DNA from: Puniceicoccaceae bacterium
GTDB lineage: Bacteria > Verrucomicrobiota > Verrucomicrobiia > Opitutales > Oceanipulchritudinaceae
Direction: 5' to 3'
Length of the DNA stretch: 64,000 nucleotides
Assembly: GCA_040830765.1 (NCBI GenBank)
Contig: JBFOMH010000019.1
Coordinates: 96,001 to 160,000 of the forward strand
Shown: positions 43,501 through 52,500 of the stretch, in pieces
Layout of the letters: every line of letters begins with the position of its first letter
Numbering within the stretch: position 1 is the stretch's first letter
The notes under the pieces: generated by a model
Seen by the model: only the letters and a program-made list of their open reading frames with translations
What the model was told of the DNA's origin: nothing
Database searches by the model: none
Translations under genes and position numbers: made by a program

Positions 43501-46500
43501 TATAGTCGTCCCCCTCTCCTCCAAACAATGTATCAACACTGCCACCACCGAAGATCCAATCCGTACCGGTACCACCATCTATGGAGTCCTGACCATCCAT
43601 AAAGTAACCGCCCAAGGATACCTGCAGGACTGCCACTGGCATGATCAACGGGGCATCGTAACCGGTGGGGAAACGGGCCTCTGCTTCCAGGGACTCTCTT
43701 GGTAGTTCAAAGGCTATCGATTCCGGAGTGCTCTCGAAGTCTTCCCGTTGCAAATCGGCAAATCCGCCCCAAATGACATCCGACCCAATGCCACCGCTCA
43801 ACCGGTCATCGCCAATCTCACCGGCCAGGAAATCGTCTCCGGTCTCACCCAGGACAAGGTCGTCTCCGGAACCTGCAAAGACAGAATCCCTGCCAGAGCC
43901 GGCCACAATCGTGTCGTCTCCCCGGCCAGCCAAAACTAAATCGTCTCCCTGCAAGGCATACACCATGTCATCTCCAAACCCGGCAAATATCATGTCATCA
44001 CCGGAGTCGCCAAAGATGGTGTCACTATGCTCTGTCGGCATACCTCCCGGGTCGGCACTGTTTTCAAGGTCACCGTATATAGTGTTCCCGGTATCAACCC
44101 CCGAGCCCTTGCCATCATTACCGGCATATATCGTGTCAGCTCCGGCACCACCGATAATCCGATCACTGCCGGCCCCAACAGAAGCCACCGCATATTGACC
44201 AATATCAACACCGCCAAAAATCCGATCATTCCCGGCCCCGCCATAAATGATGTCATTTCCCCGGCCACCCCAGATGATGTCATCTCCACCGTTGACTTCG
44301 TCATCCGGCTCATCCCCCCAGATTGTATCAAAATCCCGACCTCCAAACAGGTAGTCGTTACCCAACCCGCCAATTAGTTGGTCATTGTTCTCATCACCCT
44401 GCAAGTCGTCATCTCCAGGCCCACCGTCAAGGCGGTCATTGCCCCGGTTGCCTATCAGGATGTCATTGCCAGCACCACCCAGTAAATCATCATTGCCCAA
44501 AGAGCCGACCAGGGAATCGTCACCATCCCCTCCATCAAGCCAATCATCGCCAAAGCCACCCTCAAGGCGGTCTATTCCGGCAAGGCCCCGCAACGTATCG
44601 TTGCCTGCCCCACCCTCAAGATTATCATTTCCGGGCCCGCCAATAAGGAGGTCATTCCCACCGTTCCCTGACAGGTCATCGTTTCCGCCTCCACCGTCGA
44701 GATAATCGGCTGCAATCCCGCCAAGGAGGACATCAACTCCTTCGTCCCCATAAAGCGAGGCATTGCCTCCCCCGGCTGTCAATTGGTCATTCCCCGGTCC
44801 CCCATGGAGCACCACGGGAATGACAACTCCCGGATCGATGTAAATGGAATCATTCCCCTGGCCTGCCCGGGCAACGATTCTCGAAACCCCGGAATAGGAC
44901 TGTTCAACACCAAACGCCCTGACAATGACGGAATCCGGTGTCGCGCCGGGAAGCACGCGGAAATTCTCATCACCATCTTTGGCGTCGACCACAGCATTTC
45001 CAGCACCACCCGGTTTGCGTCGAGCGGCTGATTCCCCTATGTGAAGTGTTAGGACACCTTCATTGTTTGAAGCTAGGACCGGAGTTGTGTTTGGTCGCGG
45101 GATATTCCAGTTAATGATTGTCGCGGAGTAACGGAGGGACTCTTCATAAATCGTTATGAACTTGATGAAGGTTTCGTACCCAATCTTGAGATAGGCAAAG
45201 ACATCGAAGGTAATGGCACCAGAAACGTCAAATATCCAGAGTGGACCAACGGCCAGATTACGTTCCAGCTCGGACCAGCGAACACGTCCGTCTCCATCTG
45301 GATCGTTCAAGTTGAGATCGATATTCGAAAAGATGCCGCCTCCCACGCCGGCAGCCGCAACGAATATGTTTACTTCAGCCGTAGCGGCAAAGCCTGCAGT
45401 TAGGCCGAATTCAGGCCGATCCTTTCCATTCTCGTCCAAATCACCAATATAAAGACCATCGAGAATGTCCGCTGGATCACTGGCCCCGTTCTCGATATAG
45501 GTTCGTATGCCCTTGGTATCAAATCCGAAGGAAAGATCCGCAAAAGCCCCAACGTGGGCAGTCATTCTCAGGAAAACCGGCCACGGCGGGAATATGGGAA
45601 TCCACGGTTGTAGTTCCCAGGGGAAATTGATGGCAAATTTAGGCAAGTCGAGGACAACAAGATCAACGTTCTTGCCCATCAACAATTGAAAGGCCAGTGC
45701 CGGCGTCTCGAATAGCGGAAATAGGAATTTCAATGATTCACTCTTTTCCAGGTCTTTCCCTGCTCCCTTGCCCAGTAACTCGTTTAACTTTGAACCGCCA
45801 GACTTGGCATTTTCGGGATTCAACTTGCCGGACATTTGCCCATCGAGTGCATGGTTTCCATCAATCGTGAAGTCCGGTGAACTTGGATCTGAATCACCCA
45901 TTTTAATCCATCCATCACGTTCACTGGAGGCGGAAAGGCTGTCAGCCAATTCCGCCAATTCAACAACTGACCGGATGAAATTGATGGTTCCCTCGTATTC
46001 CGTATCTTCACCAAAAATACTGGCGATATCCAGAATACTGAGTCGCAGACCAAGCTGATCGAGCGCCGGTAGCGGATTGGTAAGAAACTTCAAGGGTTCC
46101 CTGACAGGATCCAGAAAGGCATCGATATCCTCCAGAAGGGGTCCGAAAAGATCGTTGAAAAATGACCCAGCATTGATGGCCACATTATTAAACTCGATGA
46201 TGGGCACACTGCCGGGCAAGCGACCGTTTTCATCCCCCTCGAAGTCCCAGTAGACGCTGAGGTCGGTGCGCAGCGAAGGGAAACGCGGGTTTCCTGCGAA
46301 ACTGGTCAGCAGGTGGAGTTCAATCTCAGCTTCCACGCTGAGATCGGCAGAAAACAGTTGGCCATTTGAATTAGCCAGTTCGGATAAATACAATCGCCCG
46401 TCGCCGTCCCCTCCATCCTTCAGGTCAATATTAATATGGCCAGATACCTCAGTACCGTTGTCCGCTACATCCAACTCCAGGAACAAAAGTGTTCCTCTCG

Positions 46501-49500
46501 CTGACAAGTCCGGCAGGGCAGCCTCAAGCTGTATGGACAGTTCATTCGTCCGATTTGTCCCAAAGTAAAATCCCTTGTTTTTATTGATCCCGAAGGTCAG
46601 GAAGAACTCGAAGGCCAGCTCCAATTGGACAGATCCATCAATGTCGAGGCCCAGTCCCGGCAAACCAAGGTCGACATTAATCGGAGTGTCATTCGGATCG
46701 ATAATTTCCAATGACTTCCCGAGCAACAGGTTGAATTCCAGATTTTCGGCGTTAGTATTTTCGGCCACCACTAGGATATCGTCGAGATCGACATCAAAGT
46801 CACCATCACTGTCCTTGAGCAGATTCAGGTTATCCGGACCGAGGGCCTCGAGTAGGCGTTCTTTAAGTTGGTCTCTAGTACCAGGCTCTCCGAGACCTTT
46901 CATTGCCGATCGAAGGTCAGATAAGAATGGCGAGGCCTCCTTCAGTTGGTCACCGATCAACGGAATCTCAATGCCGAAAATTTCACGATCAACAGCATCC
47001 TCAAGGAAGGCCAGAAAGGCATCCCATCCCCCGGTGATTGACCCCCACGCGTTTGTAAAATCTCCCAGGAATTCATCCAGTGCGCCTTGGAAGTCAGGCA
47101 GACTGTAGGTATACTGACCATCTACACCGGATTGCAACGGTACGTTGTCATCGAAAAGAGCGACAAAGAATGCTTCCAGTGAAGGAACCTCCAGTTCAAA
47201 ACTGCCGATAGGATTGGTTTTAGTAGGCGAAAACGTTGGCAGACTTGCTGACAGTCGGCCGGAAAGTGTCTGCTTCAAATCTACTTCTGAATCCATCTCT
47301 ACCAAGAGGTGATAGAGACTATCAGAAGTCTCACCGGTATTCCCAAGGTCGAAGGACCCGCGATTCAAGGTCAACTCCCATGTGGCCAGGTCATCCTCCG
47401 GGTTTTGTGGATTCGGATTGGACAGTTGAACAGAACCACCCACGATATGGACGCCAAGCCCGCCAAAACCAGCACTGAAATCAAGGTTGTCCGTGTCCAG
47501 TTTCGTGCCAACGGTAACTTGACTGGAATCCCTCAAATAGAATTGCGGTGAGAGTGGATCCGATAGTTCGATTGCAAAGTCGAAATCCAGGTCAATGAGG
47601 TGCGCAAGGGTGAGATCACCGCCTGCACTTATCAGGCTTGAGGGGATATTTCCCAGCTCCAGCGGAGCCAGATTGAAGTTCAATGGCAGCTCCTGACTTC
47701 CCCTGTCTCTAAAGTCAAATTCCACTTGCAGGAGATTATCCTCGAAGCTAACCGACCGGCTTTGAACAATGAGCCCATCGATGACTCCAGCAAATCCCGC
47801 TGTTGCCCGTATGGTTAGATTCGCCGCATCCTGGCCCTGCTCCCAGACGACCTTGTAGCGACCGGGGAGATCCTCATTTGCCTGCAGGATCACCAAGTCC
47901 TCCTGACCCTCAAGCACATTCTCCAAAACCAGTTGGCCAACATCGCCATTTCGCTCCAACAGTTCAAATTCGATAAAATAAGAGTTCCCCGCAACGAGAG
48001 GTGACTCGCTGTCCACTTCAAAAACCAGCGTATTGGTGGGATTTCCCGGAGATCCTAGAGCAACCATCTCCCCATCGTCTTCACCACGGACACGAATCGT
48101 ATTTTCATCAACAATGACGGCTGTGTACGGCTTCCCATCTTCCAATCCGGTGACATCGCTACTCCCGAACGTCCTGACGAAGACGATCCTGTCCCCTTCT
48201 GACAGATTATGCGGCGTTCCGAATTGGATTGTGTTGTTAGCCGCATCCACGTCAGTCAGTGGATCAAAAGCCAGGGATACCGGGATAAATCCCGGATCCT
48301 CAATGCCTTCGACAATCACAAATTCAGTGACAGCACCGAAGGTTGATTCCGTGCCTGAGATCGACCAGCCGCCGTTGAGCACCGGTGGACCGGCCAGCAG
48401 GCCGGAGGATCGCTCTTTTCCGTTGGAAATCTCAAACAAGGCATTGGAGAGGACCCGTTCCAGATCCGCGATGGTCAAGATTCCCGAACCTTCAATTTGA
48501 TCGACGATTCCCCCGAATACATCCGACAGGTCGACCAAATCGTTGATACTTTTCTCCAGCAATATGATCTCCTGAGAAAATAAGTCATTGTTCTCAAACT
48601 CATCGATTGATGCCTGGAGTTCCCTCAGCCCTTGAACAATTTTCTGAAAAGCTAGTTCCTTTAATTTGTCCAGCTCGGGAAAGTCCTCCAAAGTGACGGA
48701 AAGAGAGGCAACATCGAAGATATCGGTCCAGCTCACAACGATGAGCGGTTCGGTTCCTTCTTTTACCAAAGCATTGTGCAGGCTCGCGGGTCTCAACCGG
48801 ACAGGCAGTTCAATATTCAGGGTGCCGGAGGGTCTGGCTTGGAATTCCGTTTTCCCTGGGTCGGTATAACTGCCTACTTCAAATAACGCTTCCTCAGGTT
48901 TGGAAACACTTTCCCAGATTTCCTTGAAGGTCATTTCTCGAGATGGATCCTTGGCCTTGATCACCAGAGTCGCTCGACCACTGCCCGATCCATCCTGAAT
49001 GCCAACATTGAAGAACTGCAAATCGGCCAAGGCATCCACATCTGATGCCTGAAAACCAAACTCAGCAGATAATTCGAAGTCCCTGATGAAGAAATTCTCC
49101 GAAAGGGAATTGGACAGAAGCGGGGCACCCGTAATCAATCCATCCCTATCGTTGTCGGTTGAGAGGATGCCCAGCCCAAACCCAGGAGCCCCGGCGGTTG
49201 AGCCATTGAGGGCGATGATGGAGAAGGTTCCGGCACCATCCGTTAAATCCTGAAACGCCAAATTGTTGGAGTCACCTGAGAGCCGCACTGAAATATTTTG
49301 TCCTACATGCAGCGTGTCTGTTGCTGGTCCTGAACTCGAGGAAACCTTGAGGTTGTATGCCAATCCAGCGTCACCGCCATACACGCGCAGGAAATAATCA
49401 CCGGGCTCTAACTCCCTCAAGTCAATCTCTGGCAAATCCCCGGAGGTTAAGCGAATCGTATCCCCTGCATTGTCGATCAATTCAATAATCAACTCAGACA

Positions 49501-52500
49501 GCCCGAACCCCTCCAACGTGAGGCTATCTCCGGACTCCCCGGGCTCCTCAAGCGTGAACCGGAGCCAGTGTTCATCCTGACCGGACCGGAAAACCAGGCC
49601 GGTTACCTGATCAAGAAGACTAAACCGGTTCAAATCAAGCGCGTCATCTCGACTGTCATACAAGCTCTCAGCTAAAGCGGGAACAAATTGCCCCTCGGCC
49701 TGAAGGATTGAATCCACAACCGCTCCAATAGTCGAAAGCCCATCCAGGCTGATCGGAAAGACGGTACCATCAGCCAATTGGAATCCAATGTCATCAAGCC
49801 CCGGAACCACTCCCCTCACCCCGTTATCATTATTCAGTTCGGATAGCGCTGTCCCGGATGTTAATTCCCGCCGCGACTCAGGAATACGAATTCCGAACAC
49901 GAAGTTGGTCGCCAGTTCCGGCACAATCGACAAAGTCCCATCCGTGCTGATATTGACCAAATCTCCAAGGCCTTCCGAGAAATCAAGTTCAGCGGTTAAT
50001 GCTTCGAATGTGTGCCTGAAATCGATCTGGAAGGTCAACACTCCGGACGGCATGTCGAAATCGATCGCACTAAAGGCCGGAAAATCCAATTGGATGCCCT
50101 GGAGACTGTCGAAACCCGGTGAGCCCAGTTCGAGCTTCAGACCGTCGAAGAGTTCCCCGATGTAACGGAAAAAGTCCAACAGTTTATCAAGTGAAACATC
50201 GGGTAAAGTTATATCCCCAAGGTCCGGTAAACGGAGATTCTTGAGAAACGAAAAGTCAAATCCACTGAAGGCGGGCCCTTGTCCGAATTGGGTAAACCAG
50301 CCACTCAACTGGTCAAAGAGCCCGAGAAGATCAAACCCATCGAACAGGCTGAAGCGTCCAAAATCAAAACTGCCAGATCCCGGGTCTCCAGACTTCAGGC
50401 CATCAAACTTGAGCCAATCCGGGTTGAACTGGAAATCGAAGAATGTGTCCGGATCGATACACAAGTCGGTATCAATGCTCGTTGAAAACCCGTCCAGCTT
50501 TCGCTCATATCTTCCGATTTTCACGATTAGGGGCAGGTTCAGATCAAACCGGACATCGCCGCAGTCCATGGCAATGAGTTCATCAAGCGATGAAGCAAGC
50601 ATTTCAGCCACTGTAACCCGCCCATCTGAATTGGGATCAACGAAATTGAGCTCTGTTGTCAGAAGGAAATCAAGCGTGGCATTTGCACTGTCGACCTGGG
50701 TTTTGAGCTCTCCAAGACGCGCTGTCACGTCAATGGGATTGCTATCCGGGCCGGCAACCGCCTTGGCAGAAAGACTCAGCAGGGGTAGAACCGCTCCCTC
50801 AGAATTCCGGGCACTAGAAATGAAGAATGCATTGGAAGAAACCTGGTCAACAGAGAGGTCTATGCCGAAGGTAAACGCCAGTTCCAGCGCGAGTTCAAGA
50901 TCGACCGTTGTGTTGGAATCCAAGTCCAGTCCGATGTTCAGGTTATCCGCTGCATCTCCCAGATCGAGTGCGGCGTCCAGCGTCCTTTGCCCCTTGAAGA
51001 CGATATTCTGGAATAGGATTTCATTGCCACCTTCAATGACTATTTCAAAGTTCTCATCCAGGATGGGTGACCACTCCATGCCGTCGTGAATGAACGACTG
51101 CTTTTTTAATGTTTCGATCAGTCCAAAGCGGGTCGGTGCAGTGTCACCACTGAAGTAATTCTCAATCGGCTGAATCAGCGATTCATTGAGTTTGTCATAG
51201 ATCTCGATAAGGTCGTAAATGGAACGAGCTGCTTTGGCCAATTCCCCGTTATCCCGCTGTATCAACTCAACCAATCCCGGAATTTCCTTGGCGAGTTCGC
51301 TGGCGGCAATGTTCTCCGAGAGCACCCGGACCAGGGCCCTGATTCCATCAAGGATGGTGGCCTGCAGTGGTTCGGACAGTATCTCTGTGGCAGGAGGGGG
51401 AGTGAAGTTGACCTGATAAATTCCCCAGTTGGTTTCCCGGTAGTCTATAGTGAGGCCGTCTACAGCCAACGATTCCCCCTCCCAGAATCGCGGGTCGTTG
51501 AAGTAAATGCTGTCAATGGAAGCCGGGCTGGAAGCCGCGGCATCCCTCAGGGCAACAAACTGGGTCCTTATCCAGGATGAGTCGTATTTATCGGCGTCGA
51601 TAAGCAAATCCGCAATCTCCCAAAGGATGATCTCACTGTAAAATGCCTCCCGCGCTTGAAGAGCCGTACTCCAATCAAATCCTGCTACGCTTGAATCAGC
51701 TGCCCGGTATGAACCGTCAGGATTTTCAACGATGACGAAACTGTCACCCCCCGGCGCCGCGACGTAAGTCATCAGCTGCCCGGTGCTATCCGATTCAAGA
51801 ACGCCAAAGAAAGGGGTGTAGGTTCGGCTGCCGTCCGTTCTCAGGTTACCATTCTCATCGAAGGGCCGATTGCTGACCTCAATGAACGTAATCGGCGTAT
51901 TGTCCGGGACCTCGAAGTCTATTTGCAGGCCCAATTCGTGGAGGTCGTCCTGATCGTCAGGAGGACCATGCAAGGGCGTGTCCCCACCCTGCCTCAAACT
52001 GGCACTACGCAACTCCAATGCTGGCCCGGCTGATTCCAGCAGGTTAGCAGCCCGGTAGATTATTTCCGCAGCCCAGCTGGTTCCCCAATCCTCAAGCTGG
52101 GCCTTGCCATCTACACCCATCTGGACATCGAGCCCTTCCGATTGATTGTCAGAGAATTGTTCCCACCCGGGTGCATTGGGATCGTTAAGCCACGTCGGTA
52201 GTAATTCATTACTGGGGGTGTGCTCAATTGCCGCGGAGGCAGAGGTCTTGAACGAAACCGCCCCGTTAAACAGTCCAATTGCATGAGCAGTCCCGCTTCC
52301 AATCTGCCCGGATAAGGGCAACTCATTTCCTAAAGCACTGGGAAATCCCAGGAAATTGAGCCGCTGCTGAACACGTAAGACATTCAAGGCGTCCGTCCCA
52401 GCCTGGACGGCGAATTCCCCTGTTTGTGAGTAGCCTCTGTCCACTTGAATCGTGAACGACCTCGCTGCTCCTCCGTTGACCCGGTAATTGCCGGTCAGGA

